Below are positions 32,959 through 48,967 of a DNA stretch of 64,000 bases, one piece after another. Both the position numbers and the translations under genes were made by a program. The stretch's first letter is position 1. Every line of letters starts with the position of its first letter. The DNA is taken from positions 9,486,001 to 9,550,000 of the forward strand of contig NC_134025.1 of assembly GCF_964204645.1 (NCBI RefSeq), written 5' to 3'. The notes below the pieces were generated by a model. That model ran no database searches. It had not been told where the DNA came from and saw nothing but the letters and a program-made list of their open reading frames with translations. This DNA is from Tubulanus polymorphus. Taxonomy: Eukaryota > Animalia > Nemertea.

Positions 32959-35402
32959 AATGTATAAAGGCCAACCTGATAAGTACCCGTACGAGGCCTA
33001 TAGAATTATTACCATTGCTGATGAGCCTTGAGTGGATCGCTATGTGCACGTGTATTTCAGCCCATCTTAGCATATATGGCAATGTTGATTGTTTTTAGAA
33101 GAGGAACCTGTGATGTTCTAGCCATTGTTAACATGGTTGACAGTGATCAATCTACCATATATTGCTATATTAAAGACAACTTCAGCTGTACAATCTATGT
33201 CTATACTTTTTCTACAGTAAATCTATTTCTATACCTGTTTGAAAATATATGACTTGTTCTTATGATTGTAATGAATCATGTAGTTTTTATGAAGATGTTC
33301 AAAACTCTCACATTAGATACTAATACAATTTTGATCCAACGTGTCAAAGTCTTCAATAAAAGATATAATCTATGAAATGTTTTTTACTGATGAATAGTTT
33401 TAGAGATGTTTTTCATAGTAATGTTCTAAATGTTTTTTTATCAAATCGTTAATGGACGCGCGCTACTTAGTATCATATGGTATACTTAAGTTTTTAACCA
33501 CAACACAGTCAAATTCCACGTAAAGTTGTCAAGTCATGTTATATAATCAGTTCTTCCCCGTTCAAAATGCCTTCGAAATAACGATGATGTCGTATTGTTA
33601 CTAAGTCGAACGCATAAGTTGCGCTGATTGGAAGTTTTGTCGGCCGATTTCTTGCGAACCACAGTGAAGGCCTAGTACGTTAGGCTAAAAATGTTACGTT
33701 GTTTCTCATAATCGGCCGGGTCATTTTGTGTAAATCTCATTGACATTTGTAATCAGTTCTTTTCTTTAGCTGGCCGGTCTGTTATGGTTTGCTTGATCGT
33801 GATTAAAAATGGTCTTGTACACGGTAGATAGGCGGCCGGCAAAAAGGAGAAACAAGGTACGCACGTATCAATTCTTTTAGCCTTAGCAAGTAAAAATCGC
33901 TAAAATGTATTTGGAATATCTAACAGAAGAATATTTGGTCTAATCCTATAAATGTTTATGAGTGCAGTAAAAAATCATCCGTCTTATGTACTAAACTCGA
34001 TCGCTCACCAACTCGCATTCCTTAGTTCGCGAACACTTAAAAGATTTGATTCACCATTTTGGATTATAATGATTGCAAAGCAATACAAATACAAAATTTC
34101 AAGATGGAGGGGACGCATGAAGAAACCAATTAAAACTTACAGAGTTTGACTGCAGTATCAGTAGTTATATAGGGCTATATAACTACTAGTATCTATAGTT
34201 AGTAAATGTTGAATTCAATCCAACTTTTCACCCGATGTAATGCCGTAAAAGCTTTTAGGCTATGGTCACGTTATTATATATACATATTTTTTACACGCTG
34301 ATGGTCCACGGCTGAGATTTATCTTTTCGGAGGTATCTTAACCTCTCGTACGTGTGTTGATGTTAACAGGGTATAATTTTTACCATTGAATACATTTTTA
34401 ACCTTTATTTTATATACATGTTTTCACGTTGATGATTTGTGCAATATGGTGTAATGTATATATCTACGAAATATCCTAACGCACAGAGCAAAACACCCGA
34501 AACATGAATGAAAAACGCTTTTCACGTGTAGCGTGGTTTATAAGTACGTATTTTGCTCCGAAACGGTTTCGGCAAATGTATGTAATTTATTTCATCATCA
34601 ATTATAATTGCAAATAAAATTTACAACAAAAATTAGATTGATGATGAGGGACCTGAACAGAGCCTTAAAGGCTGTACAATCACTAGGACGTTCAGGCCCC
34701 CTAGAATAAAAAAAAATCGTTTTTCATGTTTCAAAGCAAAGCACAGATTCTACGAAACAAGCCAGAAAAGGTGATTTGCGTTTCGGGGTTTTGGTCTTGC
34801 CGTTGATCGATTGTAGCGCGTCGGCGAAATAAACGAGACCGAGAAATTTTTCGGACTCTTGTTTTCTTTTAGCAGGGGCGGATCCAGGTTGCCTTCCATG
34901 CCTTCCGGAAGGCAGTCAAAATTTTTAGGTTCCCTCAAAAATCAAAGTAATAAATTTTTCTTTAAACTCTGAGAAAAAAATTGCCCCTGGCATGCTTTCA
35001 AAAACGAAGTGGTGGTTTTCCGATGGAATAAACCAGCAACACGAAACAGAAGTTCTGTGTCACATGAGTTCGGCGCTGATTCGGTTTGCTGGACGCTGCC
35101 AAACAGAAAAACCGAACCGGTACAAATAACCCCACTTGATGGGAAATGGCGGTGATTTTGGTCACTATTAATTCGTTATTGTTTGTCGATGATTCTTGTC
35201 CATTTACTCGTTGATCTCCTCGAGCTTCCTGCGTATGCTTACATCACAATAAATATAGGCTATATAATTCCTTGTGGCTTCATTCAGAAAAATTGGTTTT
35301 GTTGGCTCAGTACAGCGAGAGGATTGCAATTTCATTTCGTTCGGGCCCGTCACGGCCATTCATATCATATCAGGGATGCTTTCCCCTTCGCCAGAAAGTC
35401 AA

Positions 35403-35870
35403 CTACTGTCTGTGTCACACCTGCTCTCTGTGCGACGTTTTGGTCCGTAATTTCGTTAATAATCGGTTTATCTCTAAATATTATGCATCAATTTGTTCAG
35501 TAAGGAATTTGCATTCAGAAATAAATCATGAAGTGGCATATATTTGTTTGCACTTTCATCTATCAGCGATAGTTTACCTAGCATACACTCACGTAATGCT
35601 GAAAACGGCTTTTATGGCCCATCACGGAAACGGATGACGTCACTGTAACGTTTCCGAGCGTCCGCGGAGGATTTTTGCAGCATTACGCGAGCGTATGCTG
35701 AGTAAACTATCACTCATAAATGAAAACAAAAACCACTTTAGTAAAACTTGTTGTTTATTTCTGAATGCAAAGTCCTCACTGAACAAATTGATGCGTAATA
35801 AAGGTAGATAAACTGTTTATTGACGAAATTACCAAAACGTCGCACGGAGAGCAGGTGTGACAGACAGTAG
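35403..35870. mobile_element. MITE with ~55-bp imperfect TIRs (family C)
   Basis: CTACTGTCTGTGTCACACCTGCTCTCTGTGCGACGTTTTGGT...AATTTCGT versus ACGAAATTACCAAAACGTCGCACGGAGAGCAGGTGTGACAGACAGTAG. A related end lies at ~60491-60585. Confidence 0.75.
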
Positions 35871-36280
35871 GGGTGCCGCAACTACTCCATCCAATAACTA
35901 CTGAAAATGCCGTGCAGATGCCCTTGTCCCACACAGTAAGCACTTTTCGGCGCTTTTGTTGAGGAAAAAGAAGCGTGTTTTAGTGACTTGCGATCGGCGC
36001 TCATCTTCATACGGCATCATTGTTATATGTACAGAACATACCCTATCTTCTAACCAAAATCAAGACTACATCATTTTAATTTAGAATCATCAGTTCTATT
36101 TAGAAAGTGGCTTTATTGTCTTAATCAATGACTAATTAATTCAGTGAATAATCTCAAATAAAGCAACCATTACACAGGAATTATATCGGTCATATCTTGA
36201 CCGTTTGGTGCTGCCTCTATACACAACGATAGTTGGAAAATGTGAACTAACATAATACTCGCTTGCCAGAGTTTCAACAG

Positions 36281-36823
36281 GGTCGTCATTAGTTCCAAGA
36301 CGAGTTTGTCGATGACGTCATATATAAATAATAACATAACCACGTGCGTCCTGGTACGCGCTCTTATCTGTTAGAGCAGTTGGAAATGTCTATTTCAACT
36401 TGACTTGAGAGAGAGCATCAGACGGTGGCCTAGCTCAGTCGGGCTTGATAGTAAATACCTGATAAAAAGTCTGATCAGGACTCGAAAGGACTGGCAGTTG
36501 ACCTAAAACATCGTTTTTTAATCCATTCTTTACTGTGAAGGATTGCAAAAGACATGTCGGTCTGAATCGAACTCTACTGAGAAGGCTTATCTGAGAAGAA
36601 AAATAAAGAATGTTTTGTTTCGTGTTTTATGTTGTTTTTTTTCTGAAATCTCTTATGATAAGCTATCAGTTAGTTCATACTACTGAAATAGGACAGGGTT
36701 TCGAATTTTCACAGAATTGGTTGAATAAAGTCTTTGTATTTAAGTCTGTTCCTCACGCACGTTGTTATGTTATTATTTACCAATGACGTCATCGACAAAC
36801 TCGTCTTGGAACTAATGACGACC
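36281..36823. mobile_element. Non-autonomous element with perfect 41-bp terminal inverted repeats
   Basis: 36281-36321 GGTCGTCATTAGTTCCAAGACGAGTTTGTCGATGACGTCAT is the exact reverse complement of 36783-36823. No ORF inside. Confidence 0.8.
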
Positions 36824-37584
36824 TTTGAACAGCCGTATATGACAAACTATTTACCGATTTTCCGGCCAGATTCAGAGACAATACTCAGAATCGTAAAACA
36901 GCAGTGAAACTGCCAAGTTGGCACTTTTTTAATAACAGAATTAGTTTGCTGAAATGAGTAAATATGTGTGGATTTATGAATTGTTCTTTTGAAAACACCT
37001 TCTTTTTCTCCTTAAGAAAGTAAGAAAAGTTTAAGTGATTTAGACAATGAGAATTTTTTCCAGAATTTAGTCTGGGAATGAATTCCGAAAATCTGTGATC
37101 CGCTCCTGATTGCGATACATCAATAGCGCGGAACGAGTTAACTCGGCGGCTGTGTAACTAGTTCATAGCTTCACCGTCAAGGGACAGCACTTGACGGTTA
37201 TGATCTCAGTTGCAAGTACATGTACATCTTGCCTTTAAGCATAGAATGATTTTCATGTCTTCAATATGAAATATATTATCCTCTGCGTACCAATACTTGC
37301 CTAAAAAGTAATCAACTTCTGTATTCTATAGTTTGATGTCAAACGGATCGACATTCCGACTAAAGACATGAGAGCATCATGCAGATTTTACATCAACTTA
37401 GATTAACTACATGCATTTTCTGAGGCTTGTTTGCTCATGTAAAATCTCGTGAAAAAATTCCTCAGCGTACTCCCTCCACAACATAAGAAAATTGATCCTT
37501 TGCGAATTTATCGTAAACCCATAAGCAAAAATACCATGTACACTTGTTTTTTTTTATTTGCCCAATAATTTACAAAATATGAAA

Positions 37585-39685
37585 CTAGAATTGGATCATC
37601 TGGCCCTGAAAAACAAAAAGTATATACAATAAGTCATTTAGTCACTTACAGAGCCGTCGGAAGGAATTTTTCAGTGGCGAGGCTTATTTCTGAAGGGTGG
37701 TCTGGGGGCCTGGAAAATTCAATCGCCACAGATGCGTTTTGGGGCCATTTCATGGTCTCATACACAGAAGCATGAGAAGTCGTGAGCCAACCACCCAGTA
37801 CAGAGAACGACGAGCTGCTACGCGGTACAGCGTGCTTTTGAAAAAAAATTTGTTACGCAAAAAAGTTCCGACCGCCCTGAAATGCGTTCAGTACAAACCT
37901 TTCTCTTCTTGTCTCCACCCAATTCAAAATGTTTGCATCGCTTGATGGCCAATTGTTTTCTGAACTTGCAGTCCGTGCATTCCATACGCAATACAATCTT
38001 CTTCGTAGTCTTAGCCTGAAATAAGCCATAACTCGCATTTAGTTATTAGCAGCAAACATATCCTGGATCAGATAAAATTCTTGTTCATCGAACAGGGACT
38101 GGTTTTGTGGATGTGGAGCAAAATGGGGGTTTCAAATTGAAAGATTTTAATCATTTTAGATCGGACATAACTATCTCTAACGATGAACTGATTTTCTGGT
38201 CCCCTGAAGTTTTTTGTTAAGAGGTGCCACCGTACTACGGTGGTTGTCAGTCATGCAAGATGTTTGCGGATTTACCCCCAAGGATAACTTTGAAACCTGG
38301 TCTATGGTGATATAAGCAGCTGTGGCTACAATGGGTATAGGAATTCAAAACCTTTTCGCAAAACTGGAACCCAGGGCAATTTGAAGAGAAAATTTAACTC
38401 TTAAAAACCTTTTTCATGAAAGTGACGACTGTAAACCCAGGAAATCATTTGAATAACAAATGCAAGTGGTAATCTTACTTTTCTTACCCCACTTTATGAA
38501 TTTGCTTACCTTTTTGTGGAACACCGGTTTCGTTTGACCACCATAACCCGATTGTTTCCTGTCGTATCTTCTTTTACCTGAATTGCAGAAAGAGGCATTT
38601 TTCATTCGAAACGTGAAGATATACAACAGATCACTGGATTAGATTTTAGATAAAGAGAATGCGTATGTTGATATTACCTTGGGCGTACACCGAAGCCTTT
38701 CCGGTCTTGTATTGCGTCACTTTGTGTAAAGTGTGCTTCTTGCATTTCTTGCCTTTGCAGAAAGTTCTGCGTGTCTTTGGCACGTTCACCTACAACATTA
38801 AATACAGAATATGTGAATACAGTAAAACTGTCATAACACAATCGACGAAACCAAGAAAAATATGACGTCAAAAAGAATGTTATTGCCATTGACTTTGAGT
38901 GAGATTTGACAAATTTGGTCTCTCAAGAATTATGCGTTCGCTAAATAAGGACAGCGTTAACACAGGCTTTAACTAACTGAGATTGAACTTTTTAGCTAAT
39001 CTGTAGTATCTAGCCATTATTCCTGATGAAACAAGTATTAGTAAGGGGCAGGGCGCATAACCTGTGTATGCAACCACATGCTTATAATTCAGGTCCTCAA
39101 AATATCGAAGAAATAGTAAATTGAGCGTAACACTACACTTCAAGACCTTGTCCTTGAGCAATGGCTTTTTAAACAGAGTACAACCGCCACGACAGGCCGA
39201 GCAAGTAGTTTAAGCCAAGTCTTGGTTGTTACTTGGCTCACCATGGAAGTTGTGGGCAGAAAGTAAGATAAATTGCGATACGAGGCCAGGCAGGCTACAA
39301 TTTTTACATTCTTCCCCGCAGTTATAACTTATAGGTCAATTCCCAACTACAAATAAACAGATCTACGACAACAAAACCAGTCGTGGCGTAAACCGATAGG
39401 TACTTATCAACAACACACTGAAGAAAATTGTTTTTTGACAACGAACAAAGTTATCTTATCTAGAAACGACTTTTATTTAGGGTACCCGCCGTCGTAGTAA
39501 CGTAAGAAGGTTACTCTGAAGTGGCTCGGTTTGTGACCCAATACGACGATAACGAGACAAAAAATAGACCACATTAAGGAGATAAACAATTTGACTTTTA
39601 AGTAACGATCATTCCAAAGGCTGACGACCGTAAAATAGGCCGATGATTTACGATAAAAAATTATTACAAAATCGCTACGTACCAT
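37585..39685 (-). CDS. RPL36A: 60S ribosomal protein eL42 (L36a/L44), copy 1, canonical Pro56
   Basis: Exons 39685-39683 (ATG), 38789-38678, 38577-38510, 38015-37899, 37605-37585 total 321 nt, 106 aa: [20 protein letters not shown]...[36 protein letters not shown]...GQMIQF*. AATAAA (minus) at ~37553-37558. Confidence 0.97.
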
Positions 39686-39705
39686 CTTAGATTTTCAATA
39701 TGGCC

Positions 39706-39905
39706 GAGAGGAAGTGCAGTCAGCGGCTATCAGCAATTCAATTCATTTTTATTCCACCGCAAAAATTGTTTACCCACCTGCGCATGCAGACTCCAGATAT
39801 CTCTTCTCTATCGTTATTTACAAAAATGTTCACACTAATAACCAAAACAAAAACAGGAATGAAATTAATTTTTCAGACCGTCAAAAGTGGCGCCATCTAT
39901 CGCAG
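39706..39905. promoter_or_regulatory. Bidirectional promoter for RPL36A copy 1 and SMAP, including a TCT/5'TOP start
   Basis: Minus-strand CTTCCTCTC (39714-39706) 20 nt upstream of the RP ATG. NRF1-like TGCGCATGCA at 39779-39788. SMAP non-coding exon donor at 39906. Confidence 0.65.
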
Positions 39906-39976
39906 GTAGCTTAATTTCTTTTATGGTTTGTGAAAGCTTCTACGGTTTTCGGATAAAAACAACGTTTCTGTAGAGG

Positions 39977-41703
39977 ATGAGCGACGGTTCAACTAACAGA
40001 GCTGCAGCAGAAACTAGCGCTGAACGCGGAGAGAAAAGACCGGTGGATGAAGATGTAAGTGAAGACGAGAGTTACATATTTAGGACCCAACAACACTTTT
40101 TTCAACCAATTCAATCACAATCAATTCAATTAAACTACTACCATCAACAAGTACTATGTTTGGGCGGGTGGTGGTACCTGGTGATGTTTTACACCAGAAT
40201 CCCAGCCAGGGCTTTTTTGGTAGATGGTGATTTGTGGATATCAATTAATTAGTAAATTCATTGTAATTCGTACCATCTACCCACCTTACCCCACCACTTA
40301 AAAAATCCTCGACACAACTCAAGAGAACTCTTTCTGAGTTGATCAAACAAGGAAGCCTTCTAGCTAGGCACGGATCCATTGTTACTACTACTGTAAAATT
40401 ACCCGCTGACCACAAGCCAGAATTGGCCGCTGTCATCCAGATGGAAGAGATAACAACCACTGTGTCTGTGACTGTACTCCCATACCACAGCTGAGCTGGC
40501 ATAGAAAATGAATGCCCTTCAATACCAGGCAGTTAAACAACCAAAATTTCGGTTATTGGCCATTACCAATCGTAATTTCGGTCAACGATACACAGGTTTT
40601 AATCAATTGGTGGCTAATTTAATTCAAAATGAACTAGCCTACTTCGTAGTGACCATATAGCCACTGTGACAAGAGGCTATGGTTCTTACTGACAAGAATA
40701 CAGTAATTAATTTTATCAATTTCGATTGTTGCAGGTTCATTCAGCAAATCAGTGGGAAAGTGTCGATCTCGGTGACAATGATAGAAAGAACAAGTTTTTA
40801 CGATTGATGGGTGCATCGAAGGTATGAAGTCGAATCTAATATTCTATCTACAGCTTCTAGCATAGTTATAGTTCGATATAGTGTAGAAAAAATCAATGTT
40901 TTTCAGAAAGAACATCATGGACGGTTTGTAATCGGAGACTCTCACAGAGATCATACGAAGGCTGGAGGTGAGTGAGTTGAATTTCAGCAGGTATCAATCA
41001 CTCAGCAGTCCGGACCAACCCTCTCAGATATTTATCACCATTACTCAAATTTTTGGTCGTCTAGGCTTCACCTGTGGTTGAGGCCTCACCTCTGATATTT
41101 TTAATTGAAAGTAAACTAAATAGTCGACTACAATGTCATTTATTGTAGTCATTTTACCACAATGCACATTCAAAAAGTGATTTTCAAGACTTCACCCAAC
41201 GATGGTGAATATCTGAGCAGATGGTTCTAGGCTGTATATTGGTACTAGATTTGACAAAGTCATATTAGATTTGATCATTGATGTCATGATGATCACGGGT
41301 GTTCCTAACGTCGTCGTGTCTTCGCATAACTTTTCTATATTTTCGATTTTTCGTTTCTTCCCTTCCAGGGAACGTCGACGAAAAAGACATCGAGAAGGAG
41401 TTTGAAAAAGGAATCGATTATAAATTGTCAAGTGGCTATAAACAACACAAAGGTCTTGGATTTCATGAAGAGCTGGACGCGGAAAAAGAGAAAACTGCCG
41501 ATGCAAAGGCAGGGTGTAGTGAGGAAAAGTCGACCGAGGATGCATCCAAAAGCGATACAAACGACAAGAAGGAGGATACAAACGGCCAAAAACCAATAGT
41601 CTCAGAAACTAAAAATAGTGAAAAAACGACGGAGAAAAGTACAGATGAATCTTCGAAACAACAGGGAATTAAGAAAATGACATTTGTTAAAGCTAGCAGT
41701 TGA
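39977..41703 (+). CDS. SMAP: Small acidic protein (SMAP, C11orf58 homolog)
   Basis: Exons 39977-40054, 40735-40821 (HSANQWESVDLGDNDRKNKFLRLMGASK), 40907-40967 (KEHHGRFVIGD), 41369-41703 (KLSSGYKQHKGLGF...KKMTFVKASS*). These are the characteristic SMAP motifs. Confidence 0.92.
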
Positions 41704-42301
41704 TTTGTTTGATAGATGTATCATAATTGCTTGAGCATTTAAAGAATCTGTCCTAAGGTTTCTTAAAGTAAAATAAGTCAGCCTCTTAGCGGATGTTATG
41801 TAGATGATGACATGCGTTGATTCACAAAGGTACGTTGTTGATAAATTGTGATATACGATGGTTATCTCACTGGACTTACCCCTTACAAAATATCCAAATT
41901 GTTGGAAAGCGTAAAATCCTGGCTAGGTATAACTGCAGTAACCAGAAGATATTTTTGTGCAGTACATTTTTCAGTGTCTGTGAAATGGGTTTGTGAATAT
42001 ATGTAAATGTCTGCTGTACATTCGATCATGAATCATGAACAATTCTTTCAAAAAGAAAAAATAAACCATTGTTTTATACAATAAAATACTCTTCTCTTTT
42101 TATGTTTTGGAGGATGTTTTGGCCCTTCTGCTCATTTGGATGGATGTACATTGTACCTATACCGGTGCCTGCGTCGTATTGAAATAAGAAATGCTATTTT
42201 ACCTGTTGTTAAAACTGAGTGGAACTTTTATTCAGTACAAAGAGACAATCAGAAAAATAAAGCACTACATTCATAGATTTGGTCTTAATAATCGGTGCTC
42301 T

Positions 42302-43544
42302 CTAGAATTGAATCATCTGGCCCTGAAAAAGGGAAAATGATCCATCATCGAAGGTGAATTTTTGAGAATTTGTTGGAGGTTATGACCTTTGTCCTTTAAA
42401 CTCCTTACCTTTCTCTTCTTATCTCCACCTAATTCAAAATGTTTGCATCTTTTTATGGCTAATTGCTTTCTGTATTTACATTCCGTGCATTCCATACGCA
42501 AAACAATCTTTTTAGTCGTTTTAGCCTAAAATATGTAAATCAAAATTTCTTAATCTTTTCCTTGCAGATAAGCATACTGTCGTGCATAACTCCTAGGTTA
42601 ATGGGCGTATTATTCAAATTTTCTCTGACCTTTTTACGAAAAACTACTTTAGTCTGGCCACCATAACCTGATTGCTTTCTATCATATCTCCTTTTACCTA
42701 CACGAGATAAGATAATAAAACGCATGAAATCAAGTGTATATTCTATGCTATACATCCTTCTCAAATTGCACGTGAATCATGAAATTTACCTTGCGCTACT
42801 AACGAAGCTTTTCCAGTCTTGTATTGTGTTACTTTATGTAAAGTGTGCTTCTTACACTTTTTGCCTTTGCAGAAAGTTCTGCGTGTCTTTGGTACGTTCA
42901 CCTATTGTGTATTGGGAAATAACTTCTACATCTTAAACTTAACAATTAACATTTTGGAGCACATCCAGACAAAATCATTGAGAAAATTTTTCAAAGGAGG
43001 TAGCTCTCCTAGAAATTGAATAAGCTTCGGAGAACACAGTGGAATTTGGTAGTTTGGAGAAATCTTTATTCAAGGAAACCGTGTGGGCTTAAATCTCAAA
43101 TGAATCTATGAGTCACTTCAAAACTTTATGAATGTGCAGTCGACTGTTGATTTAATTAAAATTAAAAATCCTTATATAGAGTAGCACTCGCTTCATTCGG
43201 ATCGTCTGGGACTGGAAATTCCGACTTAAACGAAATCCGAATTACGTGCTCTTGTTTGAATAGAAATAACCTAGTTGGGACTGTAATTTTAGTAAAATCT
43301 GAAGAAAACCAATATGAATTAAACGATTTATATTGTAGTAATCTTATCCAGATTATTTAATATCAAGAGTATGATTTGAAATATCTTAATTTCTTGATCT
43401 AGATTCGTTCAGCCCAGTTTTAATATCGATATTTTGACTAATAATTCTCAACTCCTTCTTGTGAGTCAGTCAACCATGAAATACAAATTCCTTGAAGAAT
43501 TGAAGAACCGTCTAGAAAATGTTCCAAGACATTATACATACCAT
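42302..43544 (-). CDS. RPL36A: 60S ribosomal protein eL42 (L36a/L44), copy 2, Pro56Val variant
   Basis: Exons 43544-43542 (AAAAATG|gtatgt, inferred), 42901-42790, 42697-42630, 42525-42409, 42322-42302. Exon sizes match copy 1; intact 106 aa with [19 protein letters not shown] (minus) at 42227-42232. Confidence 0.95.
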
Positions 43545-45492
43545 TTTTGTTAGTCTTTTAGTTAAGTCTCCACTGCGATCTTTAATAAACCAATGGCCAC
43601 TGATAAATGCACCAAAAATTGTGTCATGCACTTCGATTTTTATTTAGTCAAGTGGCAGCATGATTTATGTCCTGAATTAGTATGATAAAAGCCATGTGTA
43701 TTGCCAAGGTATGTCGCAATATCCAACATGACTCAACCCAAGCCAACTTACCTAGGTGATAAATGTACTCTTCCCAAGAACATTTCAAGCTTAAATGCAA
43801 TCAGAAAATAAACAAAAACGACAAGATTTCACGGTTATTTTTGCAAACAATATATTGTGTATTTTGTTATTTATCAAACATGCCATAAGAATTATTAAAG
43901 CTTCAGAAATCAAATGACAGATTTTCACTTTCATCATTGTCATGTAGTACTGCCATCTTATTATTGTGTGCACCTGATACCCAAGGAGGGAACTGCAAAT
44001 TGGATAAAACATATCAGCTATTTCTTCTATTTCAAACCAATAGATAACAGATCAAATAGAATTCTTAGCTGCAAAGCAACTGTGCTAAGATAAAGAGGCA
44101 TTTGTCTGAATATACTGATTGCCATCATTAAGAATGATTAGTAAATTCTAAGATGGTCAAAATTCCCAATCAATGACCTTTCTTCCAAAATTCTCTACTG
44201 ACTCAACAATAACAAACTTCATTGCAAACTGCAGAAGGCGTACACAAATCAGTACCCCGCTAATTTGTATTTCTTGGACGGTATATAAATGAATATAGTC
44301 GGACGGAATCTTCAACAGCACTGCCGGTAGGTAAAATAACTGGCAATAATAACAAGTTGTTTCTCTTTTCGAATTCATTAATGAACAATTTTACAACATC
44401 TAGCGATCATATATCACATTTTGAATCTGTCATACACGGTTTTTTCATACATAGCTCGGACGGAATCGCATGCATAGAATAAGTGAACTGATTGGTTTGT
44501 GCTTCAACCAATGGGAACTAAGACTAGCTACTTGCATATGTATATAAGACACAGATTGCTAAGTACATACCGGTATACTACATGCTAAATACATCGTAAA
44601 CATTTCAGTGTGGTCGTAAATAGAATATTCAATGCCAGCGGAATGAATAAGAGTTTCATAAAGCAGCTAAGATGAAATGGTTATCATCCAATGAGTAGTA
44701 TGGATCTTGAACAAATTCAGTAAATCATTAAATTTGGCAATATGTGTGCATGTTCTTGAACCATAACTTACCAAAAGAAGTGGCTTTCTTTATCACAGAA
44801 TATATCATGTTCCTGGAGTGTCATTTAACCTTTCGGTAATGAGCATCCAATATACAATTACTAAAGCTTTTTCTACTTATTCCAACTAAAAATTCAACTA
44901 GCTTGCTCAAAGGGTTAGCATACAGAATAACCTGTAAAGCTTATTTTACACCTGCATTTAGAGATAAATATAGATTTTTCCAAATATATAAAACAAGAAA
45001 TCATTATCCATCACAAAATGTCCAAATGGCAACACTTCTTTACTTGGCAAGACTAATGGGAGACGTGGTGAGTAGTTTCAGGAATGTTTTCAAAAACATT
45101 ATTCGGATATCGCGGCATCCACTCAAGTTCTATCTTTATCTACACAGAGGGTAATCGGAAGTCATCCAATAATCAAATACCCGCGTTTCATAGCAATAAA
45201 TTTGACGAAATATCGGTGGCATCCGAAGCCATCAATCAGTGCACATATGATGTAACGACAAAAATTCCAGTAAACAACCGATATTACAATATAAACAGTA
45301 AGAACAACTAATCCACAGCGAATGAAAAGAGCAGCAATGTCCGCGCGCGCGAATCGACCGTGGCAGAACAAGAGAATATTTACAACTATTCAAACACGCT
45401 ATCGATATTTACAATCAACTGTTTTCACTGTCGATTCACAATCCTTAGTGATCCAACTAATGTATTTTCCTCAAACAGGACTCGCTGAATGA

Positions 45493-48967
<3,475 letters not shown>

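Noticed and set aside
39186-39340. Two-hairpin, H/ACA-snoRNA-like fold in RPL36A copy 1 intron 1 (stem AGCCAAGT/ACTTGGCT, AGATAA hinge)
   Set aside because: The best fold is antisense to the host gene, the tail is ATA rather than ACA, and the second hairpin is weak. It would need an Infernal or snoReport search.
40267-40494. About 75 open codons on the + strand in SMAP intron 1
   Set aside because: No suitable start or splice sites and no recognisable homology; possibly a decayed repeat.
42302-43544. RPL36A copy 2 as a pseudogene or haplotig artefact
   Set aside because: The frame, all splice sites and the poly(A) signal are intact, changes are mostly synonymous, and the introns are fully diverged from copy 1.
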